NCBI RefSeq assembly: GCF_036321535.1
Contig: NC_087436.1
Span: 122,204,001 to 122,268,000, forward strand
Reading direction: 5' to 3'
DNA length: 64,000 nucleotides
Origin: Camelus dromedarius
Lineage: Eukaryota
Made by a program: the position numbers and the translations under genes. Under the pieces are notes generated by a model. The model saw only the letters and a list, made by a program, of their open reading frames with translations. It had not been told where the DNA came from and did not search any database. Numbering within the stretch: the stretch's first letter is position 1; every line of letters begins with the position of its first letter. Shown piece after piece: positions 46,821 to 60,451 of this stretch.

Positions 46821-47350
46821 TGTAAGCAGATAGGGTAGGGGGTCCCTGGAGAAAGAGAGCCAAGCATGGCTTTCTTGACATAAGGGGCACCGTTGTGGTC
46901 TAAGCCTGGCCACGGTGCTTGCCCTTGAACGGGGCTCAGTAATTAATGATCTTAAGGGAAGTGAGGGATGCAGAAAAAAAGGAAAAGCAGTGAAGCACCA
47001 ATAGTTGAGCGATGAAACAGAGTTCTGGTTGCTCCTCAAGGGATACACCTAATCTGATACACGCCTTTGAGTTCTGCAAGAAATGAGCCCCCCCCCCCCC
47101 CCCGCCAACACGCACACAGGTGGAGGGTGGGATGATGATGTTGACCCTGGTTACTTTAATCTATTAAAGCTGGGACTCTGGCGACCAGTCAAGCCACTTT
47201 CTGAATATGCATGTACCCTTAGCTTAAAAGCTTCCCAGTTTTGCTGTTCCAGGGGACACTGCTTTAGGAAGGATTCCTGGTCTTCTCTTTACTTGTTGCG
47301 AGTAATAATAAATTCTTCCTCCTTCTGCTCTTTGGCTGGGTTGTGGTGTT
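46821..47350 (+). mobile_element. ERV LTR, 3' end apparently cut by a later L1
   Basis: TG start (tgtaagcagatagggtaggggg), TATA-like cttaaaagc near 47223, AATAAA near 47306. Confidence 0.6.
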
Positions 47351-48270
47351 TTTTTTAAAGGCTATACTCCATTTATGCCGACCACGCCCTGTTGGCCGTA
47401 TTCCCCACGTTGTGCGTACACCCTGGCAGCTTATTTCACACCTGGTAGTTTGTGCCTCTTAGTGCTCCGCCTCCATCTTGCCCCTCCCCCTCCCTCTCCC
47501 CACTGGGGACCACTCGCTCCTTCTCTGCATCTGTGAGTCCGTTTCTCTTCTGTTATGTTCACTGGTTTGTTGTATTTTTTTAGACTCCACATGTAAGTGA
47601 TATCTTACAGTGTTTGTCTTTCTCTGTCTGACTTATTTCACTAAGCATAATGCCCTCCAGGTCCATCCATGCTGTACGTCGTAAGCAAACACAACATTGT
47701 AAATCAACTGCACTTCAATTAAAAAGCAAACAAAAAACCAACCCATTTAAAATATGGACAGAAGAACTGAACAGACATTTTTCCAAAAGAAGAAATGCAG
47801 ATGGCCAACGGGAACATGAAAAGTTGCTCAACATCACTTATATCAGAAATTCAAATCAAAATCACAGTGAGACGTCATCTCAAACCTGTCAGAATGGCCA
47901 TCATCAAAAAGAACACAAATAACAAATGTCGGCCAGGATGTGGAGAAAAGGGAAGCCTTGTACACTGGTGGTGGGAATGAAAATTGGTGCAGCCACTATG
48001 GAAAACAATATGGAGGTTTCTCAAAAAACTAAAAATAGAACCACCATATGGCCCAGCAACTCCACTCCTGGGCATATATCCAAGAAAGACAAAAACATTA
48101 ACTCGGAAAGATACATACACTCTGCTATTAACAACAGCATTATTTATAATTACCAGGATATGGAAGCATCCTAAGTGCACATCAGTAGATGATTGGGTAA
48201 AGAAGATGTAGCACATATACACAATGGAATATAACTCACCCACGAAAAAGGATATTTTGCCATCTGCGGC
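47351..48270. mobile_element. L1 3' region with internal inversion (- strand 47351-47675, + strand ~47735-48270)
   Basis: The + piece encodes the ORF2 C-terminus ([18 protein letters not shown]); the - piece is the directly following ORF2 end and 3'UTR. Confidence 0.8.
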
Positions 48271-48639
48271 CTTTATTCACTTTTTTTGCACTTCAAAAAC
48301 CAGAAATTTATAACTGACATAAACATTTCCATTACATCAAAAACAACAAAATACCTAGAAATAAACTTAACCAAGTAGGTTACCTATACTCTGAAAACTA
48401 TAAAACACAATTGCAGGAAATTGAAGATGATACAAAGAAATGGAAAGACATCCTGTGCTCTTGGATTGGAAGAATCAGCATTAGCAAAGTGCCCGCACTG
48501 CCCAAAGCAGTGCACCCCCTGTGAAACTGCTCACGACATTCGTCCCAGAACTAGAGCAAACAGTTCCAAAAATTCCTGTGGAACCATAAACGACCCAGAA
48601 CTGCCAAAGCAATCTTTTTTTTTTTTTCCCTTTTTGTTC

Positions 48640-50085
48640 TCTTTTCATGGTTTGATGACTGGAGAAGTTCCTTTAACATTTGTTGTAAACCTGGTTTGGT
48701 GGTGCTGAATTCTTGTAGCTTTGTTTATCTTTCAAACTTTTGATTCCTCCATCAAGTCTGAATGAGAGCCTTGCTGGATAGTGTTCTTGGTTGTAAGTTT
48801 TTCCCTTTCATCACTTCAAATATATCGTGCCACTCCCTTCTGACCTGTAGAGTTTCTGCTGAAAAATCAGCTGATAACCTTATGGGCGTTCCCTTGTATG
48901 TTTGTTTGTTAGTTTTTTTATTGAAATATAGTCAGACACAGTCTGTCAGTTTCTGGTGTTCAGCACAATGTCCCAGTCATGCATATACATACATACACTT
49001 GTTTTCATATTCTTTTTCATTAAAGGTTATTGAAAGATATTGAATATAGTTCCCTGTGTTTTACAGAAATTTTTTTTAATCTATTTTTATATATAATGGC
49101 TAACATTTGCAAATCTCAAACTCCCAAATTTATCCCTTCCCACTGCCTTTCCCCTGGTAATCATAAGATTGTTTACTATGTCCATGGGTGTGTTTCTGTT
49201 TTGTAGATGAGTTCATTAGTGTCCTCTTTTTTTCTTTTTAGATTCCACATATGAGTGATATCATAGGGTATTTTTCTTTCTCTTTCTGGCTGACTTCACT
49301 TAGAAACGATGATCTCTAGTCCATCCACGTTGCTGCAAATGGCATTTTATTTTTTATGGCTGAGTAGTAGTCCATTGTATAAATATACTACGAATTCTTT
49401 ATTCAGTAATCTGTTGATGGACATATAGTTTGTTTCCATGTCTTGGCTATTGTAAATAGTGCTGCTGTGAACATTAGGGTGCATGTGTCTTTTCGAATTA
49501 GAGTTCCCTCTGGATACGTGCCCAGGAGTGGGATCCTTGTATGTTATTTGTTGCTTTTTTCTTGCTGATTTTAATATTTTCTCCTTATCCTTAATTTTTG
49601 TAAGTTGATTATTGTGTGCCTCGGTGTGTTTCTCTTTTGGCTGATCCTGTGTGGAACTCTCTGCGTTTCCTGGACTTGGGTGACTGTTTCCTTTCCCAAG
49701 TTGGGGGGATTTTCAGTGGTCATCTCCCCCCAGATTTTCTCAGGTCCTTTCTCTCTCTCTCCTCTTTATGAGACCCTTATAATGCAAATATTAGTGTGCT
49801 TCATGTTGTTCCAGAGTTCTCTTAAATTGTTTTCATTTCTTTTCATCCTTTTTTCTGTTCTGCAGTAATTTCCACCAATCTGTCTTCTAGCCCAGTGAGC
49901 CGATCTTCTGCCTTGTTTAATCTATTCTTGATTCTTTCTAGTGTGTTACTCATTTCAGTGATTTTATTCTTCAACTCTGTTTGGGTATTCTTTACATTTT
50001 CCAACTCTCTTGCTAAAGACTTCACTCTGTGCATCTATACTTCTCTTGAGTTCTCTGAACATCTTTGCCATCATTACTCTAAATT
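48640..50085 (-). mobile_element. L1 ORF1 fragment with a nested younger L1 3' end (48903-49534, 11-bp TSD)
   Basis: ORF1 coiled coil ELENVKNTQTELKNKITEMSNTLERIKNRL; TSD ccttgtatgtt at 48892-48902 and 49535-49545. Confidence 0.88.
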
Positions 50086-50149
50086 GGTTGTGTCTTTTGG
50101 CTCGACACCAACAAGAGGCAGACCCAGTTTTCTGGTGGTAATCATGGTA

Positions 50150-51600
50150 GATGTGAACATGAATGAATACTGTATTTTATTAAATGCTTAAAATATCTAT
50201 TGACACATTGTTTACCACATTTACAGAATAGCATTCATTGTAAAGCAACCTGGCATTCCTGAAGTAAACCTAACTTGGTCACTTTATATTGTGGGATTAT
50301 GTTGTCCTGATACTTCTGTGTATGAATTTTATATCTATGGTCATGGATGAGATTAACCTCTAATTTTACTTTCCCAGACTGTCTTTGTTACATATTGGTT
50401 ATTGAATTTATACGACCCTTATGAAAGGTGTGGTAGTGTATCCTCTGTTTTCCTCTTTGGAAAGCTTGTTTAATAATGGAATTGGAACTTAGTAATGAAG
50501 CCGTGTGGGGGACCTGGGTTTTCTCTGTGGGTGTATTTTTGAATATTGATGTTTGGTTTTATGTTCTTAAGTGAAATTTTGGTATTACGTATTTTTTTTA
50601 GTGATTTGGCTGTTTCTACTAAAACTTCAAACTTATTAGCAGTGAGTAGATAATAACATCCTCTTACCTTTTTTGGTATTAGAAGTACATGTTATGATGT
50701 TCCCTTTTTCATTTTTTTTTTCTCTGTTTTATCTCACCAGATGATTGTCAGTCTTTCAAAGTACCAGCTTTTGAATTTGTTGATATTCTGTTACGTGTTT
50801 GTTCTCTTACTGATTTTTGTGCTTTAATTATTTTCTTCCTTCTATTTTTTTGTATTTATTTTGTTTTTGTAATCTCCTATGATGGACGTTCACCTTGTTT
50901 TGCAGCCTTTTTTTCCCTAAAATATACGTATTAAGTCCTAGGTATTCTTTTTCAGTCACAACTTTAGTTGCATCCTACACATTTTGATAGTATTATGATT
51001 ACCAGGTCACAATATTTTGTAATTACTGTGATGATTTCTTCACTGATCCATTTTGTAATCTAGGAATGTTTCTTCCCATACATTGGAGGGGGAGAGGTTT
51101 AAGTTATGTTTTTCTAGTGATTTCTAGCTGGATTGAGTGTTTGTCAGAGGATATAGTCTATATTATTTAAGCCATTGGAAATTTAAGATTTGCTTAATGG
51201 CAAAATACATGGTCAGATTTTGTAAACATTGCAAGTGAGCTTGAGAAAATGTTTATTCTCTGGTTTTGTGATCCATTGCCTAGTATATGTTCATTAGGTC
51301 AAATTTGTTAAATCATGTTGTAGAGATCTACTATGTTCTTGATGATGTAAAAAACAAATTTTATCAACTAGTGAGAAGGTGTATGTTTACCTGTGTTAAG
51401 ATTATGGGTTTGTCCAGGCCTTACAGTTTAGTCAACTTTGCTTTATACATTCTGAGGCGTGTGCAAGTTTAGAGTTGTTGCTGCTGACTTGGGGACTGAG
51501 CCATGGACCTTTATACGGACGGCTCTGTAGCTGGTAACATCTTGTCTGTTCTTGTCCAGCACGGACATAAGTATACCAGCTTTCTTTCATTGATTTTTTT
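50150..51600 (-). mobile_element. Highly decayed ancient L1M ORF2 relic
   Basis: AT-rich; taaagcaacctggcattcctgaagtaaacctaacttggtca and ctttcaaagtaccagcttttg motifs typical of antisense L1M. Confidence 0.6.
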
Positions 51601-51924
51601 CAAAATGTGTAGTTCTTGGATTTTACCCATATTACAAGAAATTATAATAAAGAACTTACTTAGCTAGAATGCAAAAGGACTAGGTCACTCTGGATACTGC
51701 GCTTTTCTGAAAAGAATTTTTATGTGTATTTTTGATAATTAAAAACTCCCCAGGACATCCCGATTTGCCTAGCGGGCTGCCTAGCGGTCTTCGGTATCTT
51801 TCATCAGTTGTTTACGGGTCTGGTACCTTAGGGGATATTATTCTGCAGATCAATTTTTTTTACGTAGGAGCACGGGTACAGGGGACTAGATGGCTGGGCT
51901 GTACAAGTTCCACACTGTGTGACA

Positions 51925-52130
51925 CAGAGCTTTCCGCACAAACAACCAGTAGGACGTGTGTGTGTACCTGGTATGTACCTAAAAACGCCATGTATGTACA
52001 GAGAAAGAGATACTGGTTTCCGTTAAAAGGAATTGGCTCACGTGATGATGGAATCCAAACAGTCTGAGGATCTGCACCAGCAAGTCTGAGCCCCGGGACA
52101 GCTGAAGTGCGGTCTGTCCAGTGCGGGACC
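51925..52130. mobile_element. MLT2-like (ERVL) LTR fragment
   Basis: aaacaaccagtaggacgtgtg...agagaaagaga...aaggaattggctcacgtgatgatgga. Confidence 0.6.
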
Positions 52131-53547
52131 AGAGGTGGTTTAGAGCCTTGCTCTCTAAGAATGTGTCATTTGGTTATGGAAGGAAGAGTCACATCGGGAG
52201 TAACAACTACAGTGTTGTGAGATGCAGATGCTGACTTTGATGTTTCAGCTCTATTTGAAAGGGCTTTGAGAAAATAATAAATGCCGCTACTGAGTAAAAC
52301 CAGTGACCCCTCTGGTCCAAGGCCTTGACACTGCTGCCAAAGGAGGTGTTAGGGGTGACTGTGAGATAGTTGTGTGGCTTGTAAAATTACCCACCTGTGA
52401 GACTGCCATGGGAGAGCTTAGGGACTCCAGTAGTCAGTGACCGGGATAGCTATGTATTTATCACCCTGAGTAACAAACAGGTAATGAGGCCAGCTGCCAA
52501 GCGAACAGGAAGGAAAGTGTTTCTCCCAAGGGCACAGCGCGATTGTGGGTCGTCATGTCATAAATGCCTTTTAATCACGTGGCTGTCTTACCCACTGAGA
52601 ACTCTGTTGTCTAAAATCACAGGCTCTCAGAAACTTTGCTGTTTGAAATCACGTCAGTAGGAATGAAACCTCCCACTTTTGCTTGGAGGCTCTAAGACAC
52701 TTAGACACAAACAGAGAAGTAGGCTCAATTTCCAGCCCAGGTGCAGAGGATCCAATAAGAGTGTCCACGTGACATCCGGCTCTCTCATTGTTGTTGCTTG
52801 CAAGGAAACTGTCCCAGGTCCAGGTGACAGTTCTCACACTGACCTTTTATAATAGACTGGCTGCTTCATTGAAATTTCACCTAAACACCACTGTCCCTCA
52901 GCTGTTTCCTTTCTGTGGTCAGGTGCCTGTGGTGTGCGACTGTCGTCACTGAGAGTAACCTGGTGTCACTCCAGAGGATTGCCGCTGGTGGCCCCAGGCC
53001 CACTGGCCTGCGACTGGCTTCATTCTAGTTCTGCGGTTTCCTATGACATGTTTTGGTGAAGAAAATTTTTTTTTAACTTATCCTACAAAATTCGTTGGGC
53101 TTCCTGAAATTATGATGATCTCTCATCTACTCGTTCTTAACAATTATGTCCTCACACATTGCCTTTGCCCCGGTTTTTGTTCCCTTTCTCTCCGAATCTC
53201 CGGTCAGGCGAGTGAGGCTTCCCGCTGCTTTCTGTGCAGCCTCCGGGGTGCTTTCTCGAGACTCCCTTCCTCGCCTTGTGACAGTCTGGGCAGTGTCTGA
53301 CTCTTTACCTTCCTTCTCCTGTTGTTAAACTTACTCGCTGATGTCTCTGTGGGGTCTCTCTTGTCTCCTGGCCTCTTGCTCTCCTGCATCCCGCTCCGCT
53401 TTCCCCGTGGGTGGGATCGTCCCCGTCCTCCGTGTCTCTGGCGTGTCTTTGGTACGTGTCCTTCAAAGATACATATTGTTTTTAGGGGCTCTTTTTCACA
53501 TTAAGTATAATTGACATAAACTACCCATATTTATTTTAAAAATGTCT

Positions 53548-54410
53548 TTTTTTTAATTGAAGTATAGTCAGTTTACAGTGTTGCCTTAATTTCTGGTGTA
53601 CAGCATCATGTTTCAGTCTCATACTCTTTTTCGTTATAGGTTGCTGCAAGATACTGAATATAGTTCCCTGTGCTGTACAGTAGAAACTTGTTATATATTT
53701 ATTTTGTGTATGGTAGTTTGTATCTGCTAATCTCAAACTCCCAATTTGTCCCTTCCCATCCCACTTTACCCCCTGGTAACAGTAGGTTTGTTGTCTATGT
53801 CTGTGAGTCTGTTTTTGTTTTGTAAGTAAGTTCATTTGTGTCTTTTAAAAAATATTCCACATATAAGTGGTATGTGGTATTTGTCTTTCTCTGTCTGACT
53901 TACTTCACTGGGATGGGGCTAGAGATTATCATACTTAATGAAGTAAGAATACTGCTGCAAATGGCATTATTTTATTCTTTTTTATGGCTGAGTAGTATTC
54001 CGTTGTATTAATATACCACATCTTCTTTATCCAGTCATCTGTCAGTGGACATTTGAGTTGTTTCCAGGTGGTGGCTGTTGTAAATAGTGCTGCTGTGAAC
54101 ACTGGGGTGCATGTATCTTTTCACATTAGAGTTCCCTCCAGATACATACCCAGAAGTGGGATTGGTGGATCATAGGGTAAGTCTGTTTTTAGTTTTTTGA
54201 GGAATCTCCATACTGTTTTCCATAACGGCTGCACCAAACTGCATTCCCACCAGCAGTGCAGGAGGGCTCCCTTTTCTCCACAGCCTCTCTAGCATTTATG
54301 GCTTGTGGACTTTTTAATAATGGCCATTCTGACCTGTATGAGCTGATGCCTCATTGTAGTTCTGATTTGCATTTCTGTATCAGTGATAGTGAGCATTTTT
54401 CATAAGCCTG
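53548..54410 (-). mobile_element. Lineage L1 3' end (~860 bp)
   Basis: ttttttaattgaagtatagtcagtttacagtg tail; collinear with the L1 at 31349-32384. Confidence 0.9.
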
Positions 54411-55014
54411 TTGTCTCAAACTACACACATGTGAAGTGCGCAGTGTGACATGTACACGCCTGTAAAACCGTTACGATGAAGATAGCAAAGGGCTCACAGC
54501 CTAAATCTCTGCCTGCCTCTTTGTGGTCCGCCCCTCCTGGCCCTCTCCCTGCCCTAAGGTGATCACTGATGTGCTTTCTGTCACCACACATTAATTGGCA
54601 TTTTCCAGAATATTAATCGAATCACAGTTTAAAAAACTGAAGAAGGTATCAGGGTTTTTTTTTTTTAGAAAAAGAGTGCTTTTTTGGTCTGGCTTTTTTC
54701 GCTCAGCATCCTCATGTTGAGGCTCACCCGTGTGTTCTGTTTATCAGTAGCTCGCAGCTTACTGCTGAGTGACGCTGCTCTGTCTGGACGTGTTCACGGA
54801 GTGGACATGTCCTTGTGCGCACCGTTGTTTCTGTTTCTCTGGAGGAGACACCTGGGAGAGGGATGGCCAGGCCCGTGCTAGGCATGTGTTTACCTGTAAG
54901 AAACTGCAGGGCTGCTTTCTGTGGGGCCGGCACCACCCTGCTTTCCCACCAGGAGCACGGAGGTCCCAGGTGTTCTTGATAACGTTTGACAATAGTCTTG
55001 TTAGTTGAAAACAT

Positions 55015-55108
55015 TCTAGTAGGTCCCAGAGTCGGCACTCGTGGTGGTTGTGGGCGCCGGGCGCTCTAGTAGGTCCCAGAGTCCGTGCCCGTGGTGACTG
55101 TCGGCGCC
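55015..55108. repeat. Two-copy 50-bp tandem duplication
   Basis: tctagtaggtcccagagtc...cgtggtg..tgt.ggcgcc at 55015 and 55065. Confidence 0.8.
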
Positions 55109-55185
55109 ACTTCTGGCCTGTCCTGTCGTCCTGAGTCTTTCTGGTTAGGGTCGCTCAGACTGGGGGGGGGGTGTATATATTATTT

Positions 55186-55312
55186 GGGGGGCGGGGTAAT
55201 CTGGTTTGTTTATTTATTTATTTACTTGTTTTTTTAATGGCGGTGCTGGGGACTGAACCCAGGACCTCGTGCACACCAGGCACACGCTCTACTGCTGAGC
55301 TGTACCCTCCCC
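55186..55312 (-). mobile_element. Vic-1-type SINE (diverged, GC-shifted)
   Basis: gtgctggggactgaacccaggacctcgtgcacaccaggcacacgctctactgctgagctgtaccctcccc. Confidence 0.85.
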
Positions 55313-56326
55313 ACCGGGGGCATATATTTTTAATTGATACAAGTTTTATCGTCTTGCACCTTGATCAGTTTTAACAAAACATGTTAACCCATGTTGCTGT
55401 TGTGGGTGCAATCTTGGGGTTGGAAAACGGAGGTCTATGACTTGTTTTTGTAAGACCTGCTGACTAAGAATGTTTTGAATGTTGGTAAACGGTTGTTGAT
55501 AAAAAGCGAGACGGAGACCGAGGGGCCCACGGGCACTGTCCCCATCCCCATCACTCTCCCGTGCTGGGTGGCAGGCTGCCTCCCGCTCGGCCCCCACAGT
55601 AGCGCTGTGACACAGAGCTGCTTATGCACAAATCACTGTGAACATTTATTTGGAATCTTTGCCCGAGGTGGGATAGTTGGGTCATAGACTATGTGCTTAA
55701 GTGGTGGCCACACTCCCACACGCAGGGCCTGAGCACCTGCGCCGTCTCCCCTGCCCCAGCCAGCACTTGGCTTTGCCCACTTTGCTGTTTTTGCATATCA
55801 GGTGCTTGGAAGGTGCCAGCTTGTGTTCCTTTGGGTTTTTCTGGCTCCTCTGGGACATCGGTCACTTTGTCCTTGCCTTCTCAAATTCCCCCTATGTACG
55901 CTGCCTGTTAATAGCATCTGCTTGTCTCTTATTGGGGTGGCTGTCCTCTTGTTGATTTGTGGGGGCTCTTTGTATATTTTGGTATTAAGCACTGCTGGTT
56001 TTGAACATTATGGGTTGTATCTGCCATTTTGTTACCCGCCTGTTAAATTTTCCATTTGCCCTTCGCTGAACAAAAAAATGCATCTTAATACAGAGCAGTA
56101 CATTTTTCAGTTTATAGTTTGTGCTTTTGAAGTTTTGTCTAAGTAGTCATTAGCTGTGCTTCTCTGGTTTCTCTTCACCTTGGTTCCCTGTGCGCAGGTG
56201 GGTCTCTGACACGTCAGGAGGACTCGCTGGTTAGTGCTGTTGGACTGGGAGCTTGTTTTTCTCTGAGTTCTGAGCCCAGGGCCCTCAGCCGTGCACCTGA
56301 ATGCAAGCTGGCTCTTCTTTCCTCAT

Positions 56327-56558
56327 GGGTGTGCGGTGCTGTGTGTGTGCATGCGTGTGGGGGGTGTGCGTGCATGTGGGGGGGGTGCAGTGCTGTGTGT
56401 GTGAGGCGTGGGGGGTGCGTGCGTGCGTGGGGTGTGTGTGCGGTGTCGTGTGTGAGGCATGGGGGGGTGCATGTGTAGGGTGTGTGTGTGTGAGGCGTGG
56501 GGGGTGCGTGTGTAGGGTGTGTGTGTGCGGTGCCGTGTGTGTGTGTGCGTGCGGTGTT
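56327..56558. repeat. Compound GT/G-run minisatellite
   Basis: Repeated units of gtgtgtg(a/c)ggcgtgggggg-tgcgtg / gcggtg(c/t). Confidence 0.85.
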
Positions 56559-56665
56559 GGCGAGCACTGGAAACCCCTTCCTTGCTCTGCAGCTGTCTCC
56601 CCCAGAGACGTGGTAGAAGCTTAGCACGGGGGCGCGGCTGAGGCACTGTCTTTAACCTGAAGGCG

Positions 56666-56963
56666 GCTGTCCCGGTCTATGAGCTGCCATCACAAAAACA
56701 CTGGAGACCTGGTGATTAAACAGCAGACTTTCACTTTCTTGCGGTTGTGGTTGAGGGGACGTCCGGGACGCACCGTTCCTCTGGGCAGGCTGGCTGCGGT
56801 CCGGGGAGGCCCTTCCTGGCTGCAGCCTTCCGGCGGAGGGAGCCTTGGGGGCTCTTCTGTAAGGATGCTGGTCTGCGCTGGACGGCCCTGCCCTGTGACC
56901 GGTCCCCTTCCAGAGATCAGGGGTTCAGCGGATGAATTTGGCACAGACGTTCAGTTCATAACA
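56666..56963. mobile_element. MLT1-like MaLR LTR
   Basis: gagctgccatcacaaaaacac...gattaaacagcagactttc start and gatgaatttggcacagacgttcagttcataaca end. Confidence 0.65.
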
Positions 56964-59134
56964 GTGGTTTTTTCGTCTTTAACCCCCTTCCCTTCCTTTT
57001 CTTTCCCCTTAAATACTTCTGTAAAGGGTCGTCCAGTGGTGGTTGTAGTAGTTTGCTGGGGTCACTGCACTCTAGAGCCTGTGTCTTGGGATGACAGAAG
57101 CGTGCTGTCTTCCGGCTCTGGGTGGCTTCTGCTGACCTGTAGCCTGTGGGGCGTCGCCTGGGCCGCGGCCGTCTGCTCCTCGTGTCCGCACAGTGTCTTC
57201 CCCCGTATGCGGTGGTCTCTGTCCGGATTTCCCTCTTGACCAGGACATGAGTTGTGCTGGGTTGGCACACGTGGGTGCCCCGTCTGTGCAGAGGAGGGCG
57301 CGCCTGAGCCCTGGGCTAGGACGCCAGCATCCTCCGACTGGCACAGTTCAGCCTGTGGCGGCAGGTTTCTGTGAACACAGGTGAATTCTCAGTTTATTTG
57401 GTGCTCACCCGTGAGCTTTTCTGAGACCAGGCCCTGTGTCTTGTTTGTCTCTGTGTCCCCCACTCCTCACTTGGCCTGGCCCCTCATGGTGCCCGTAGGA
57501 TGCATGCCTAGAGGTTGGCGTAGCTGTGAGGCCACCTCGGGATGCTCGTGCGCAGCGCACGTGTGGTCGCCGTGTCTGCCACTGCCTGGCAGGGCCTGCT
57601 TTATACCTGGGCTCCCGTTTACACTGGTGGGCATGGAGCTGTTTCCTGCCTTTTGCTTCAGAGAATTCTCTCAGGTGTGCAAGGTAACCAGAGGATAAAT
57701 TCTTGGAAGTACTAATTGCTCAAGCAGACAGCACATACGTTATAAATTGAGATGAGTGTCACCAAAATAAACTGAGTGGAGGCGATGCCCGTTTTGAGTT
57801 CCAGTCGTGCGTGTAGTCGCGTGCTCCCTGGCCGTCTTCACGACTCTGTCCCGGGTGCTGCAGCCCAGGGAGACCCGGCGCCACCGCCATGAACGCACGC
57901 CCGTGGCTGGCATTGCGAGCGGTTACTCTGCACTTCTCTTAAGGCAGACGAGGCTGAGTAGCCTTTCTGTTTTAAGAGTTTTAAGACATTTTTTTGTAAC
58001 GGTAAACGTTTAAACCTGCCCTGTAGGACCAGCCTCTAGGTCTGTATTTGCGTGTCGCGCTAGCCGCCCGTGATAGGGGTTGCAGGTGTGTTTCCCCTCA
58101 TTTACTGTGTGTGGTTTTCCAGGCAAGAAGTGCCTGAGTAGCAGAAGTCAGATTCTGCTCTCTTATGGCTCCTTGGTTGGAGTCACAACTACAGAGGCCT
58201 CCTTAGTCCACGAAGGAAGGCTGTCTGTGGTTTCTCCTAGAGCCGCACGGCCTCACGCCTCAGGTTGACGTCTGGTCCACTTGAAGTCTACCTGGCGATA
58301 AAGTGACGGGAGGAACATACTTGATCATGCAGCGTTTATCATTTTAACGTCTGGTAAAACCTATCTTCCTCTTACCTTTTACATTTTTCTTATTATTTTT
58401 GTTTATTGATTTTCTCATAGAAAGTGCAGAATCAGGTCCAGTTCTGTGAAGGAAACATTTCTCCGCTTTGAGTGGGGTCACCCCAGACTTGCAGGTGAAC
58501 TGAGGGCAGTGACCTCTGGATGGTGTGGAAAGCACCACAGCTCGTCGTCCACTCACACCCTGTAACGTGTTCTCAGAGGTTTCGTGACGTCTCAGGTCTG
58601 TTTCTAGGTTTGGGCTCTTGTGTCGCTTGGGCCACCTCCTGTTGTCCTGCTGTATCTTGAACTCATCGCTCCCCCTTGCTTTGGAGAGTTTTAAAACCTC
58701 ACGGCGCTGTGCCTGGTCAGAGGGGTCCTGTGCCCAGCGGAGGCATCTGTCTGCTCGTCCTGTGTGGCCCTTGGGCTGCTCCTCCGCCGGTCCCTCTGGG
58801 ACCATGGCTCCCCTGGGCTGAGGAGATGCTTCGTGTCAAGGAGGCCAGAGCTGTTCCAGGTGACAGGGACTGCCCCTCGGACAGAGGCCTGTCCTTGTCC
58901 TGCCCAGTTCCTGTCTCTGCTGCCAGGCTGCCTCTGGAGACGGCTGGGCTGTGCTTCCTGGGCATCCAGCTTCTGGCACCTGGGGACGTGGCACCCAGCC
59001 CGGGCAGGGGCACTCCCGCCTCCAGGATGGGTTCTTTTGGTTCCAGGCGGAGCGTAGGCTGATGCCAACTGTGGAGACATCTGTGGGCTTTGGCTCAGGT
59101 GCTCCGGGGACCCCACATTTTTTGGCTTCATAAC

Positions 59135-59750
59135 AATTTTTCAGATTGAAATATTCACAGAGGATTCATTCTTTTAAAGTGTACAGTTCTGTGTTTTTAG
59201 TATGTTTACAATACTGTGCGATCATTGCCACCATCTGATACCGGGACATTTTCGCCAGTCACTCCCTGCTCCCCCTGCCTCCAGCTCCGAGACCACCGTC
59301 CATCCCCCTTTGTACGTCTGTGGATTTCTCTGTGGTGGACATTGCATGTGTACGGGGACCTCCCCCCACCGGCCGTGCTCTGTGGTGTTCGGCTTCTTTC
59401 CGAACTTTGTGCTGGCAGCTCCTCCGCATTGTCACGGGTGCCAGTGCTGCCGCCTGTCCCAGGCGCTGCTCCGCAGGGTAGTGAGCAGCGCTCTGTCTGT
59501 CCATCCAGCAGACGATGGAGCTGGCTGCCTCTGCTCTTCGGCTCTGCTGAATGCAGCCCTTCACCCACGAGGCCTGGGGGGCGTGTGTCTCTGTCCCCCA
59601 GGTCAGCACCTCGGCCTGGGCTGCTGGGCTGTGTGGTGATCGATCGGTGCTTGTCTCTCTGAGGAGCCGCCAGGCAGTTTTCCTGTTTTCCGCACCCCCT
59701 CCCCAGTTTTCCTGGCCTCGGCCACACGGGGCGTCGCCTTCATCTTAAAT
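59135..59750 (-). mobile_element. Old L1MB-type 3' end, strongly GC-shifted
   Basis: ttttaaagtgtacagttctgtgtttttagtatgtttaca...tctgtggatttctctgtggtggacattgcatgtg...ctgaggagccgccaggcagttttcc. Confidence 0.7.
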
Positions 59751-60279
59751 TCTGGCCGTGGCGTGAGAGATGGTCCCTGCCCTGCACGCCTGCAGCCTCT
59801 GCTCTGCTGAGTATGCTGGGGCCACCTGCCTCCTCGGGGCCCCCCATACGACCGGGCCCACCTCTCCACACCCCATTGGCCCCCTCAGCAGGCTTCCTAA
59901 GGGGCACTGGTGGCTCTCGGAGGGGCCAGAGCGAGACCAGTTTCCTCCAGTGTCCGCCCACCGGAGGCTGTGTGCTGCTGGGAGCCGGGTGGGGGCAGTG
60001 GGGAGAGACAACCGCTCCAGGGGAGGGCGAGCCATGGGCCCAGGTCGGGGCACTGGATGTAGATGGCGCTGCAACCCGGAAGAGACTGTGGCAGCCTGGG
60101 GATGTGGGGTGGCCCTGGGGTAGGTTCCTCCGGGGGTGGGGCCGGGTATGGGGGCAGTTGAAAAGCAAAGGTGCTCAGAGGCCCTGCTCAGCCCCGGGCT
60201 GGTGCCGCCCAGAGTGCACGTGGGGCTCCGGGTGGCGGTGGGGGCTAGGCGCCCAGGACTGTCACCTCCCTCTCGGCAG

Positions 60280-60451
60280 ATGAAGGGCGCCCTCACGGAG
60301 ATCATCCAGCTTGCCACCCTGGATTCGGACCCCTGGGTTCTCATGGTAGCTGACATTCTGAAGTCCTTTCCTGACACCGGATCGCTGAACCTTGATCTTG
60401 AAGAGCAGAATCCCAACGTTCAGGATATTTTAGGAGAACTTAGAGAAAAGG
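60280..60451 (+). CDS. NELFA: Negative elongation factor A, exon 2
   Basis: cggcag acceptor; 172 nt encoding MKGALTEIIQLATLDSDPWVLMVADILKSFPDTGSLNLDLEEQNPNVQDILGELREK; G|gtagg donor. Confidence 0.97.
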
